Positions 1 to 9,963 of a stretch of DNA of 64,000 nt are shown in pieces. Positions within the stretch are counted from its first letter, which is position 1. Every line of letters starts with the position of its first letter. The DNA is from a virus, in IMG/VR virus record IMGVR_UViG_3300042447_000691, one strand, 5' to 3'. Made by a program: the position numbers and the translations under genes. Below the pieces are notes generated by a model. It did no database searches and was not told the origin of the DNA. It was given only the letters and a program-made list of their open reading frames with translations.

Positions 1-797
1 ACATCTGAAACGTAACTCTCATCTTTAAACTTCATTAAATATTCTTTATGTTTTGGGTCGACCATGTTATATCTGTCCGTAAAGATTTCTTCGTAACGAG
101 CCCAAACAGTTTCTTCAGGTTTAATCTCTCTTTGTTTTTGTTCTCCTGTTTGTTGATTAATTTCTGTAACAGTACCTCTTGTATCAAAACCACAAAGATA
201 CATACTAAAATTATCTTTTAATGGTTTTAATTTATTAATTGTGCCATCTAATAATTTAAGATCATGTAAGTGAGACGACCCACCTAACCACCCAAACCTT
301 AATTTATCTGAAGGTAACGTTTCTGCTTGGAATTGTGGTTCTTTTGGATTAATCGCATTTGGTAGTATATATACGTTTTTATTATATTTACTAATTTCTG
401 TTGCGAATATGGACGTTGTTGTAATAACATGATTAGCAACTTTCATATTAGCCAATATTTTCTCATGTAGTTTATTTTGAATAACCAATTGATGAACAGG
501 ATGTTCTTTAGTTGGTAACCAATAGTCATCTAAATCCATAATGGTAACAATACCCATACTATTTAGGTTTTGTATTATGGTTGGTGCTTGGTTATAATCT
601 TGACCAATAGATCTATGAAAATGTACGATGTCGTATTGTTTCCAATAGTTAACATCATTTATTCTTGGTTCGTAATCAATGTCTACGTGAAAATCATCTG
701 AATGATTATTTTGTAACATAACATGGGGGTCAATAGACCTGAATTTTCCTACTCCCGTTTTATCACTTGGGAGAACTAATACTTTAATTTTACTCAT
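1..797 (-). CDS. Glycosyltransferase (GT-B/GT4-like), 3' end truncated by window edge
   Basis: Not in the ORF track; translated by hand from ATG at 797: MSKIKVLVLPSDKTGVGKFRSIDPH...YDIVHFHR...IMDLDDYW...VITTT...VYILPNAI...RFGWLGGSSHLHDL; typical GT-B motifs; frame open to position 1. Confidence 0.8.
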   Translation of the reverse strand, partial: MSKIKVLVLPSDKTGVGKFRSIDPHVMLQNNHSDDFHVDIDYEPRINDVNYWKQYDIVHFHRSIGQDYNQAPTIIQNLNSMGIVTIMDLDDYWLPTKEHPVHQLVIQNKLHEKILANMKVANHVITTTSIFATEISKYNKNVYILPNAINPKEPQFQAETLPSDKLRFGWLGGSSHLHDLKLLDGTINKLKPLKDNFSMYLCGFDTRGTVTEINQQTGEQKQREIKPEETVWARYEEIFTDRYNMVDPKHKEYLMKFKDESYVSD

Positions 798-835
798 ATA
801 AAAAATTATTTAAGTAAAATATAACCAATATAAAA

Positions 836-863
836 CAAAAAATCCACCCTTTTAAGGTGGATT
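836..863 (-). terminator. Intrinsic terminator
   Basis: Stem AATCCACC/GGTGGATT (841-848/856-863), 7-nt loop, A-run on + strand gives U-tract on - strand, downstream of ORF 883-1521. Confidence 0.75.
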
Positions 864-882
864 ACGATACTAATAGAAAATA

Positions 883-1521
883 TTATTTTTCAAATTTTTT
901 AACCTTTGTTACTTTACCGATAAACAAAGTGTTACCAACCTTAAATTGGATTGTTTCGTTAGTGTTTGTTGTTGATTCTACAACCATACCCGATTGTTTT
1001 AACTCTTCTCTAACCACATCTCTTACTGTATCTCTAACCACGTCTCTAATCATAGATTTAATTTCGTTTATACTAATGTTAGAGGTATTGTGATTTGTTT
1101 TATCATCTCCGACATTAATATTCTCCGATACATTTTTATTTGGTAAATCCGATATTTTAGTTTTACCCATATTCATTAATCTTTGGGCTCCTTGTATTAC
1201 CTCTTCAGATATTGCGGTTGATGATCCAAGACTACTTGGTTGAACTATTGGTTGTTCAATCATAAGCGCTTTAATCTCATCAGGAAGTTTTGAGTTCATT
1301 ATTCTTGATTGATCCAAAGGTTGTGTTGGATCAGAATATTGTTTTGGTTGTGACTCTTCTTGTAAAAGACCTTCCGGTAAATTATAATTGGCCGGAACTG
1401 AATCAAAATTTTCAACCATAGGTGATGTTGGTCTAGTATCTCCTCTTTTAATTTCACCATGTCTCTCCATGATTTTTTTAGAGACTGCTAGTCTTTGCAT
1501 TAAATCCATTTCATTATTCAT
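883..1521 (-). CDS. Hypothetical protein
   Basis: 212-aa ORF in a tightly packed minus-strand operon; amphipathic helix EIKSMIRDVVRDTVRDVVREELK and short C-terminal beta hairpin. Confidence 0.8.
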   Translation of the reverse strand: MNNEMDLMQRLAVSKKIMERHGEIKRGDTRPTSPMVENFDSVPANYNLPEGLLQEESQPKQYSDPTQPLDQSRIMNSKLPDEIKALMIEQPIVQPSSLGSSTAISEEVIQGAQRLMNMGKTKISDLPNKNVSENINVGDDKTNHNTSNISINEIKSMIRDVVRDTVRDVVREELKQSGMVVESTTNTNETIQFKVGNTLFIGKVTKVKKFEK

Positions 1522-1522
1522 A

Positions 1523-1924
1523 TTATGCTAAATTTTCTTCATTGCCAAAGGTGGCGTTTAATAGAACCCTCGTCATAGTTTTATCCCCATTAGGGTTATA
1601 ACCTGGCCTCATATCTACAAAATTATCTATTGTTGGTTTATATGTAAAGATTTTATCCAATCTAAATAACCTCCAACCAGGAAGAAAGTTTGATTTGTTT
1701 TTCGCACTCCACGACGATCCTTCACTTTCCCATGCCCTTAACACTAAATTGCCTTTTTTACTATAACCTAAACAAACGGGCTCTATTGTTCTATACCCTT
1801 TACCACCATTATCGTTTCCATCATAATAAATTACAATGACTTTTTTATCACGAATACTATTCTGTACGTCGCCAAGAGCTGCCGCTTCAGTAATTAATCC
1901 ACTAAGTGAGTTTAATAGTTTCAC
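1523..1924 (-). CDS. Stand-alone WYL-domain protein
   Basis: Pattern of I..K.VIxIYY...RTIEP..L......LRAW...WRLFRLDKI typical of the WYL fold; no HTH. Confidence 0.75.
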   Translation of the reverse strand: MKLLNSLSGLITEAAALGDVQNSIRDKKVIVIYYDGNDNGGKGYRTIEPVCLGYSKKGNLVLRAWESEGSSWSAKNKSNFLPGWRLFRLDKIFTYKPTIDNFVDMRPGYNPNGDKTMTRVLLNATFGNEENLA

Positions 1925-2214
1925 GCTACGTTATAATATGGGTTATTGGTTGAATATTTATTCACTTTCAAATCGTCCTTTCTTTCATGAATATCTGTAG
2001 ATGTTCCAGCATTATTATTGTAAACATCAAGATCTCCACCGGTACCTCTACCGATCTTATCTCCGTTAGCGTTAGCGTCTGGATGTACTGTTGAGTATTG
2101 ATTGGTCGTTTTAAAATCATTTCTAGCAAATAACTTTCTTCTTTGTTCTTCAGCAACTGTAGATAATGGATTATCCGGTTGAGAAAATTCTAATTTGTCT
2201 GATTGTGTAGCCAT
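1921..2214 (-). CDS. Hypothetical protein
   Basis: 97-aa ORF coupled to neighbours (4-nt overlap downstream, abuts upstream gene). Confidence 0.75.
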   Translation of the reverse strand: MATQSDKLEFSQPDNPLSTVAEEQRRKLFARNDFKTTNQYSTVHPDANANGDKIGRGTGGDLDVYNNNAGTSTDIHERKDDLKVNKYSTNNPYYNVA

Positions 2215-2658
2215 TTATAAAAAATTTATTAGTTTATTTATTTTATTTATTTCTTCTTTTAATGAGTCGACGGTTGTTGTGTGTTTGTCGTTCAAATTAA
2301 AAGAGTTTTTTTCGTGTGAAGATAAAAATTGGTTTTGCATACCCGAATCTGCCTTTAATTTTTTTGAAGATTTAGTGTCTCCTCTCCATACCCTTAGTAC
2401 TTCATCACACCAATTTTTCATTCTATCACCACCATTTAAAATGAATGGTGCGTCTTCTTTATTACCACCATACCCATCAAACCAATTTTTCACTCGTTTT
2501 ATTTGTTGGTAGGTAATTTGTTTTTTTTGTCTTAATTCTTGATTTCTTTTATATCCTTCAGTGTTTGTGTCACCATCGGTTGACCCAAAACAATCCGCAA
2601 GATGTTTTATAAGACTATCAGGGATTATTGCAATATTATTATATAGTTTAGAGTTCAT
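2215..2658 (-). CDS. Hypothetical protein
   Basis: 147-aa ORF in operon; contains ITYQQIKRVKNWFD...GG..MKNW. Confidence 0.75.
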   Translation of the reverse strand: MNSKLYNNIAIIPDSLIKHLADCFGSTDGDTNTEGYKRNQELRQKKQITYQQIKRVKNWFDGYGGNKEDAPFILNGGDRMKNWCDEVLRVWRGDTKSSKKLKADSGMQNQFLSSHEKNSFNLNDKHTTTVDSLKEEINKINKLINFL

Positions 2659-3391
2659 CTTTAAATAATGATAATAGTTGTTTTGTTGACAAACCTTGTT
2701 TTTTTGCCATATTTTTAAGTGCGTTTATATTCCTAATTAAGATAGGGTTTAAATCTTTATCCGAACCGTCTTTATCTAACACAATATCTTCACCTAAACT
2801 CTCACTTTCATCAATACCTTTTTCTTTTAAAATGAGTCTGTCTATAAAGTTTTTTTTCTTTTTAATATTTTTTGGTGTTCTTTTATGTAAATTTGGTTTT
2901 TTTCCTTGTTGTATAGCTCTTTCTATTGCCGCATCTTTATCTAACCCTAATTCTTTTTGATAATGTTTAACGGTATCGTTGTAGTCCATAAACATGGTAT
3001 CCTCAAAACCAAATGCGTCACCCATGTCCTCTTCTTTTATTTCACCTTCACCATAATACCCATACCAACCTCTTAATAGTGGGTCTCTTGGAGTTCTGGT
3101 TTGACGCACAATTTTATCGGTGATTGATGGGTTATCTTTCATGCCAGAACTTGCAGGATCTAATATTGGGGTTGCGTTTGATAACCAAGTCCCATCATCA
3201 TCAACTAATTCCGTTACCTCAGTTTCTTTTCCTTTAGTTTCTTTTTTTGTTTTTTCTTTAAAGGTTTTCATATCCTTACACGGCATATATATTTTTTTGT
3301 CGTCCTCATTGTGAGAGTGAGATCCAGCACAACCTAAAGTTTTTGAGACCCTTTCTGCACGTTCCTTTGTTGAATATTTATAAGTTTTCAT
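2648..3391 (-). CDS. Hypothetical protein with N-terminal Cys/His motif
   Basis: 247 aa; GCAGSHSH...YMPC; first gene downstream of a minus-strand TATTTAT motif. Confidence 0.75.
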   Translation of the reverse strand: MKTYKYSTKERAERVSKTLGCAGSHSHNEDDKKIYMPCKDMKTFKEKTKKETKGKETEVTELVDDDGTWLSNATPILDPASSGMKDNPSITDKIVRQTRTPRDPLLRGWYGYYGEGEIKEEDMGDAFGFEDTMFMDYNDTVKHYQKELGLDKDAAIERAIQQGKKPNLHKRTPKNIKKKKNFIDRLILKEKGIDESESLGEDIVLDKDGSDKDLNPILIRNINALKNMAKKQGLSTKQLLSLFKDEL

Positions 3392-3404
3392 TCAGGCTTT
3401 TACC

Positions 3405-3431
3405 TATAAATACATCAATTAAAGTATTTAT
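3405..3431. promoter_or_regulatory. Divergent pair of TATTTAT motifs (putative late promoters)
   Basis: ATAAATA at 3406-3412 (TATTTAT on -) upstream of 3391; TATTTAT at 3425-3431 upstream of 3443. Confidence 0.6.
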
Positions 3432-3442
3432 CATAAAAAAGA

Positions 3443-5371
3443 ATGCCAAGTCAAAATTTAAATTCTTATTATTACCCAAAATATTCAATGAAGTTGGACT
3501 ACGGTCAATATTTTGATCTAACTTTAGCTTCGGATGAAAGAAGTTATGACGAAGAGGTTGTGTTCTCAACCAAATTAATTGGAGAGGATGATGGGAATAG
3601 GTTACCAATATTTATTGATTTAAATAATTCTGGTACAACCATACAACCAATATTAAATTATGGTGACTACATTTCCGGAAACACATTTGTTTCAAAAAAC
3701 TTTTATAACCCAAAAAATTTAGACTACAGTTGTTATACCGCATATACAGGAATTTGTGATGTTGGTCTTGTTGCTACCGATAATGGGTTGTTTACAAAAA
3801 TGTCAGGAGAAACTTTATATTATATTAAAGGTATAGATAACACCTACAAGTTTCATCCACATTATAGAGATAGTAGGTTTAAAATGCACCCCGTACGAAG
3901 TGTGGTTGAGTCACCAAACATAAAATTTTCAGGAAGACCAAAAGATAGTGTATATAATATTGTATCAAAAAGTGCTAGTACCGTTGGTTACTATCAAGAA
4001 TTATATGGGGGATTCTATCAGGGGTTTTATAAATTAAACGGATACGACTATGAGGTATTTCCAGAAAGAGTAAATAAGGGTTGGTCTGTCGAAATGATGT
4101 TAAAACCAAGAACATTCGAAGAGTATTCTTTAAACCCTATCACCGAACAGTATTTAAATGATATATACCCATCGAATGCCGGTACGTTCTTTTATTTTGG
4201 TACACGATCGGAGAATAAATATTATCACGAAGCCAACGGATCTCCATCATCTGACTCAGGTTACACTAGAATCACAAGTGGATTGACGTGTATTGAGTCT
4301 TGTGCTTGTTCAAATACGGGAGTTACAAACGCAAATTGTATTCACGTTTACCCTAACAACGGATTTACTACGGTACACAATCTTGAATGTAATTGTGGGT
4401 GTGCAAGTACAGACATCGTACCGCTACCAGAAACCGATCCAAAATTTGATGTCTTGTCAAGTGCAATATCTTTAAGGTTTGATGGTTGTCCCGAAAACCC
4501 AAGTATTGCTGTAAAATATTTAAAAATCACAGGAGACTGCGTAACAACAGGGAGTTGTGAAACAACAGGGGTGACTTTCCAAACGGGATACACAATAACT
4601 GAAGTGATATCACAACCAATATATGATTTATGTGGGTTTGATTGTAACGATACCACCGAAGAAAGGTGGGTTATGATTAGTGCGGTCTTTGAAAGGTATC
4701 GATATTTGGAGGATTGTGACTTAGGAAATTTAGGGGGACTTAATGATTTAAGGGTCGTTACAACGCAATCATCAATAGATGGTCAGTCATTTAAACTTAT
4801 AGGTCCACCTGAAACACATTCAGGATCAACACCTGAACCAAAAGTACATAAGATTAGGTTTGACAGAAAATGGTTCGACGAATTGGGTTATAGGTTAGGT
4901 ACATTAAAATTATACGTTAACGGGTATTTGTTTTTAGTTATTGAAGATTTTGAAGAAATTATACCAAGAGAATTAAATACAGAAAAAGAAAAACAGGTTG
5001 GTGTACCATTTAACGTGTCGTTTGGTGGAGGGACTCAAGGATTACATGACCATTTAATTTTTTCTGGTTGTTCAAATCCGTACGGACCATATAGACAAGA
5101 TCCCGAACTATTTCCAAATAACATATTAAGTGCAACCACCTTGTCGGGAATTTCAACAAATATATTATTAGAACAGAATTTTGGTGGAACTTTTATGGGT
5201 GGGATATCTCAATTTAGAATGTATGTAGAACCTTTAAGTTCACCACAAATACAACATAACTTTAGAATATTAAAAGATAAATTTAATTTACTTAATTTTT
5301 GGTGTCCTAATTGCCTTTGTACCAACGAATACATTGATGGTGATTACATTGAATGTGGTTATTTTGAATAA
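3443..5371 (+). CDS. Cys-rich putative virion protein with LamG/concanavalin-A-like segments
   Basis: 642 aa; GWSVEMMLKP, LKLYVNGYL, FMGGISQFRMY..PLS..QI.HNF resemble split LamG strands; about 20 Cys. Confidence 0.6.
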   Translation: MPSQNLNSYYYPKYSMKLDYGQYFDLTLASDERSYDEEVVFSTKLIGEDDGNRLPIFIDLNNSGTTIQPILNYGDYISGNTFVSKNFYNPKNLDYSCYTAYTGICDVGLVATDNGLFTKMSGETLYYIKGIDNTYKFHPHYRDSRFKMHPVRSVVESPNIKFSGRPKDSVYNIVSKSASTVGYYQELYGGFYQGFYKLNGYDYEVFPERVNKGWSVEMMLKPRTFEEYSLNPITEQYLNDIYPSNAGTFFYFGTRSENKYYHEANGSPSSDSGYTRITSGLTCIESCACSNTGVTNANCIHVYPNNGFTTVHNLECNCGCASTDIVPLPETDPKFDVLSSAISLRFDGCPENPSIAVKYLKITGDCVTTGSCETTGVTFQTGYTITEVISQPIYDLCGFDCNDTTEERWVMISAVFERYRYLEDCDLGNLGGLNDLRVVTTQSSIDGQSFKLIGPPETHSGSTPEPKVHKIRFDRKWFDELGYRLGTLKLYVNGYLFLVIEDFEEIIPRELNTEKEKQVGVPFNVSFGGGTQGLHDHLIFSGCSNPYGPYRQDPELFPNNILSATTLSGISTNILLEQNFGGTFMGGISQFRMYVEPLSSPQIQHNFRILKDKFNLLNFWCPNCLCTNEYIDGDYIECGYFE

Positions 5372-5394
5372 ACACTATATTTATTAAATAAAAA

Positions 5395-6297
5395 ATGAGT
5401 TTAGTTACAAGACAATATGGACCTGACGCTAAGGGGTCAAAATTAACCAATTTAGATATGGATAATAATTTATATTATCTACAATCTTTAGGTGTGTCTG
5501 GAATGACGTTTTCCGCAAATACTCTTACACTCACAAACCCTACCGGTGGTATAATCGCAAATGCTTTAATTGATATTAATGCTGACAGTAGGTGGTATAT
5601 CCCTTCAGGTAGTACAGTTGAAATTGGTTCGTATTCACAAAGTTTTGTGTATGGTGATCTATATGTTTTAGGTGAATTGATATTAAATGACAATTCTCAA
5701 TTAATAATATTAAATGGTAATTTAATTTTAAGTGGTGGAACTATCACTGTTAGTGGTTCAGGACAAACCGTTTTGGTTGATTTGCCAACATTTGGCGATT
5801 TAATTACTTCAGGGACATACTCTGGAGGGACATTAACATTATCTACAAGTAACGGTACAGATGTTACGGTCAATGGTTTTTTTACCGGAAGTACTGACGT
5901 TTTTACAACAGGAGCATCTTACAATAATGGTATTATTTATTTTGATACTAACGTATCACCTTCAGCATATACTGTTAATATTAGTTCATTAACTGGAGAC
6001 TCAAATACGTTTTTAACAGGAGTCACCTATGATAATTTAACAAATACAATAACTTTAACGGATAATACAAACACTACTTTTAATGCGTATATTGATTCGG
6101 TTAGCGGGCTAACAGTTAACGGTAGTTTAAGTGCAACAACATTACAAACATCAAATACATATATAGAATCAACAGGATACCTTTATTTTGGTGATGATAA
6201 TACCGATGGTTCGTGGAGAATGGGAATATCAGGATCTGACTTCATAGTTGAAAAAAGGGTGAGTGGTAATTGGATAATTTCAGGAACATTTAATTAA
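5395..6297 (+). CDS. Tail fibre/minor virion protein
   Basis: N-terminal KGSKLTNLDMDNN; G/S/T-rich beta repeats; in fibre cluster. Confidence 0.6.
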   Translation: MSLVTRQYGPDAKGSKLTNLDMDNNLYYLQSLGVSGMTFSANTLTLTNPTGGIIANALIDINADSRWYIPSGSTVEIGSYSQSFVYGDLYVLGELILNDNSQLIILNGNLILSGGTITVSGSGQTVLVDLPTFGDLITSGTYSGGTLTLSTSNGTDVTVNGFFTGSTDVFTTGASYNNGIIYFDTNVSPSAYTVNISSLTGDSNTFLTGVTYDNLTNTITLTDNTNTTFNAYIDSVSGLTVNGSLSATTLQTSNTYIESTGYLYFGDDNTDGSWRMGISGSDFIVEKRVSGNWIISGTFN

Positions 6298-6303
6298 AAA
6301 GAT

Positions 6304-6789
6304 ATGGGATTTAATACAGATATAATAAGCGCAACAACAATAAGTGGAACAACACTCTATGGTGATGGATCTAATTTAACAGGAATCTCAAGTGGTGGAG
6401 GAACATTTTCTTTAATAGGGAATTCTTTTTTAACAAATAGTGCAGTTAATGGTTCTGCTAGATACATATCTCCGTTAATGTCTCTTGGCATTACTAATAC
6501 TGAATCAGCTAGATCGTTAGTGATTCCCGCCACATTAACAATTGGTAAATTCTACGTATTAACTGGCGGTGTTCAACCGTCAAGTGGTAGCCATGTTTTA
6601 ACAATTAGAAAAAATGGAGTATCAACAAATATTTCTATAACCATTCCTGCAGATAGTGCTAGTGGGGTATTTTCAGATTTAGTAAATACTGAAGTATTTG
6701 CGGAGGGGGACTTATTTACAATACAAGTAGTTAATAATGCGTCTATCAGTGCAGCGGTTATTTATTCAATATCAGTAGCAAACGTATAA
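6304..6789 (+). CDS. Short fibre-like protein with C-terminal beta-sandwich
   Basis: SATTISGTTLYGDGSNLTGIS shaft motif followed by LTIRKNG...GDLFTIQV jelly-roll-like strands. Confidence 0.55.
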   Translation: MGFNTDIISATTISGTTLYGDGSNLTGISSGGGTFSLIGNSFLTNSAVNGSARYISPLMSLGITNTESARSLVIPATLTIGKFYVLTGGVQPSSGSHVLTIRKNGVSTNISITIPADSASGVFSDLVNTEVFAEGDLFTIQVVNNASISAAVIYSISVANV

Positions 6790-6889
6790 TAATTAATAGA
6801 AATTTTTATTCAACAATGTAATATACATCATAATCTGAAACAAAAAAGAAACAAACACAAAAGTAAAGATATTTATAAATTAAAAAGAC

Positions 6890-9800
6890 ATGGGAAGAAT
6901 AATACAACAAAATAATGGTAAAACCACAATCTACGTTACGGGCGAAAATTTCAATAATTTAAGTGGGACGACTGACACTTATTACGTTGGTGTCGATTCC
7001 AATACAGGGTTATTTGAAAAGAAAAATCCTGATGGATCATTTGAAGATTTTAGTGGTGGATTATTTACAGGTGGTACCGTTACTGGGTCAACTATATTTA
7101 CCAACGGTTTAACTGCAAATACAATATCTGCAACAACATATCAAAATTTACCGTGTAATGTAGAATATATTACTTATTCTGAATTAGCAGGTAAAATAAC
7201 AGGAGCAACACTATGTGAAGGAAAATATTACTTGATGACTGATTATCAAACGTGTTATGATCAACCAAACTTTGATTCTAATGGTTCGGCAATAACAACG
7301 GGTAACTATAAAACAGGAACAACAGAACCAATATTATTGCTAGCAATATCAACAACAGGATTTTCACCTACAGTATACTCGACATTATACCCACAAGATA
7401 AAATATCTTATGATATAACTTGGGATACAACAGAAGTGACAAGTGGTCCTGCCAAAGGTAGAATTACAGAAAGAATTGATGATAAAAATAATAGAGCCGA
7501 TTATGATTTTAGAGCAGTTCAATTTATTAGATATGTTGGTTATTTTTCAGAACAATACTATGAAGGTAAAATTAATTTAGATGGTACAACCGGATTAGTT
7601 GATGGAACTGGAACAACATTTACAAATGATTTTACTGTTGGTGATATTTTTGGAGTTTATAGTCCTGGTTTTGGATTAGGTAGTTTCCAATATTATGAAA
7701 TTTCATCGATAGTTAGTAATGTTGAAATGTATGTTACAGGTAGAACTTTAACGAATGCGACCAACTCCTATTATTCTTCGGGACAGAGATTACCTGATTA
7801 TATGAATCCACACCAATGTAATATAACTGGTACAACTAATGATGAATTTGCGGAGTATTATACATTTAATGATGATGATAATTTTAACACATACTTGGGT
7901 GATTATGTTAATTACAATACTTTTATATTATCAAATAACGTTTTTCTCGACGGTTCATACAGAAATAACACATTCGGTGGGAATGTTGTAGGTAATACAT
8001 TTGATGAAGATATGGACTCAAATATAGTTGGGCCATATTTTCAATATAATATTATAACAAATGATTTTGACAGAAATAATATAGGTTCATATTTTCAATA
8101 CAACATTATTGATTGTGATATGGAATCAAATCAGATTGGTAATTATTTCGAATTTAATATGCTCGGAGATTACGATGCAGAAGATTTTGATTTTAACCGA
8201 ATAGGTTCATACTTCAATAGTAATTTTTTAACGCTTAATTATGATTTTCAAAATAATAATATTGGAGATAGTTTTTATAGTAACATCATAGATAGTGATT
8301 TCCGAAACAATACTATTGTTGGTAGCTTTAATCTAAACCTATTAATTAATAACTACTTCAATGACAATATTGTAGGTAGTGATTTTCAATATAATATCAT
8401 ACCAACCTCTTTTTACTCAAATAATATAGGAGAGAATTTTGATAGTAATACAATAACCCAAAATTTTTATAACAATGAAATTGGTCCCGGATTTAATAAT
8501 AATTCAATAAGTGGGGAAACATATAACAATAGAATCGGTGAACGATTTGAAGAGAATACAATATATGGTAATTTTAATGATAACCAAATTTTCAACGAAT
8601 TTAAAGGTAATATAACGTATCAGGATTTTAGTCAAAATAGAACAGATTGGGGTTTTGGAGGAAATCAAATTAGTGGGAATTGTTTCGGTAATACCTTTGG
8701 TAGTTATATATCTAGTAATGACTTTTTGGGTGATGTTTACGAAAATACATTTAAAGGTGGCGTTTTGGGCAACACTATTGGTAATAATTTTGCTAATAAC
8801 AATATCGGTTATGGTTTTAGTGGTAACATAATAGGTGAAGATTTTGGAAACGGAGGTGGCTACTCACAAGGTAATATCATAGGTAATTATTTTTATGATA
8901 ATACAATAGGTGAGTATTTCTATAACAATACAATTGCTGATAATTTTTACGATAATGAAGTTGGAAATTATTTCCAATGGAATGTAATTAACACAAATAT
9001 AAATGATACTTATTTTACACTTAATTACGGAAATATCACAGGATTTAGTTATACCGCCGCAGGAACAGGGGCAACTGATACTATACACACTGATTTAACT
9101 GGAACAACAAATGGACACGGTGTTAATGCAACATTTGACGTTGAGGTTTCAGGCGGAACAGTAATTGGTGTTACAGGAGCAACGGAAGGTAGATTGTATC
9201 AAAATGATGACGAACTAACAATACTTGGAACTCAAATTGGAGGTGTAACCGGAGTTATTGATGGATTCTCGAGCGATGCTGTCGGTAAATCAGGAACTAC
9301 AGGAACATATGATAATGTATTTGCACAAGGTACTGGTGCGGGTGAGAACGGAAGTTTTAATATTATTGTTGTTGATGATTTAGTTGATAGTATATCATTA
9401 AGTGGTGGAGGAAGTTCATATTTGACTGGGGATGTATTAACTATTGACGGTAGTATATTTGGCGGTGTTGATGGTGTTGATGATATCACAATAACTGTTA
9501 GCACATTATATTCAGATGATGTTATTATTACAGTTACCGGAACAACTCCGACACCTTTATTTTATGAGCAGTATACAAAACAAATTTTTGAAAGAAGATT
9601 AGGTAACAAAAGAGTATCTTTTTATGATGAAGATGATATTTTAAATGTTGACTCAGTGTATGAAATCTCAGGTTATATTCCAGTGTATAGTCAATCTTTA
9701 TCATTCCCTTTCAGTAGTGCGAGTTTTGAGTTTGAGTGTGATGGAAGTTATACCAATAATGGTGGAATAACCAATCAAACTGCATATACTATGACTGAAT

Positions 9801-9946
9801 TGGTTACTTTATTTAATAGTAACTTTAGACAATTTGGTTATTTCTTTGATAATAATGATGGAACAATTGGTTTGTATATAAACCCATCATTAAAACAACA
9901 GTATTGCCCAAGTGGAACATACACAATAAATGTATTTAACGATTAA
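6890..9946 (+). CDS. Large tail fibre/adhesin with Asn-rich beta-solenoid
   Basis: 1018 aa; long xIGxxFxxN repeat array, two Gly-rich modules and a C-terminal domain shared with the next gene. Confidence 0.7.
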   Translation: MGRIIQQNNGKTTIYVTGENFNNLSGTTDTYYVGVDSNTGLFEKKNPDGSFEDFSGGLFTGGTVTGSTIFTNGLTANTISATTYQNLPCNVEYITYSELAGKITGATLCEGKYYLMTDYQTCYDQPNFDSNGSAITTGNYKTGTTEPILLLAISTTGFSPTVYSTLYPQDKISYDITWDTTEVTSGPAKGRITERIDDKNNRADYDFRAVQFIRYVGYFSEQYYEGKINLDGTTGLVDGTGTTFTNDFTVGDIFGVYSPGFGLGSFQYYEISSIVSNVEMYVTGRTLTNATNSYYSSGQRLPDYMNPHQCNITGTTNDEFAEYYTFNDDDNFNTYLGDYVNYNTFILSNNVFLDGSYRNNTFGGNVVGNTFDEDMDSNIVGPYFQYNIITNDFDRNNIGSYFQYNIIDCDMESNQIGNYFEFNMLGDYDAEDFDFNRIGSYFNSNFLTLNYDFQNNNIGDSFYSNIIDSDFRNNTIVGSFNLNLLINNYFNDNIVGSDFQYNIIPTSFYSNNIGENFDSNTITQNFYNNEIGPGFNNNSISGETYNNRIGERFEENTIYGNFNDNQIFNEFKGNITYQDFSQNRTDWGFGGNQISGNCFGNTFGSYISSNDFLGDVYENTFKGGVLGNTIGNNFANNNIGYGFSGNIIGEDFGNGGGYSQGNIIGNYFYDNTIGEYFYNNTIADNFYDNEVGNYFQWNVINTNINDTYFTLNYGNITGFSYTAAGTGATDTIHTDLTGTTNGHGVNATFDVEVSGGTVIGVTGATEGRLYQNDDELTILGTQIGGVTGVIDGFSSDAVGKSGTTGTYDNVFAQGTGAGENGSFNIIVVDDLVDSISLSGGGSSYLTGDVLTIDGSIFGGVDGVDDITITVSTLYSDDVIITVTGTTPTPLFYEQYTKQIFERRLGNKRVSFYDEDDILNVDSVYEISGYIPVYSQSLSFPFSSASFEFECDGSYTNNGGITNQTAYTMTELVTLFNSNFRQFGYFFDNNDGTIGLYINPSLKQQYCPSGTYTINVFND
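7920..9003 (+). repeat. Protein-level ~9-residue tandem repeat (xIGxxFxxN)
   Basis: e.g. NIVGPYFQYN, NNIGSYFQYN, NQIGNYFEFN, NRIGSYFNSN, NIIGNYFYDN, NTIGEYFYNN; boundaries approximate. Confidence 0.8.
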
Positions 9947-9963
9947 AAAATTTAAAAAATAAA

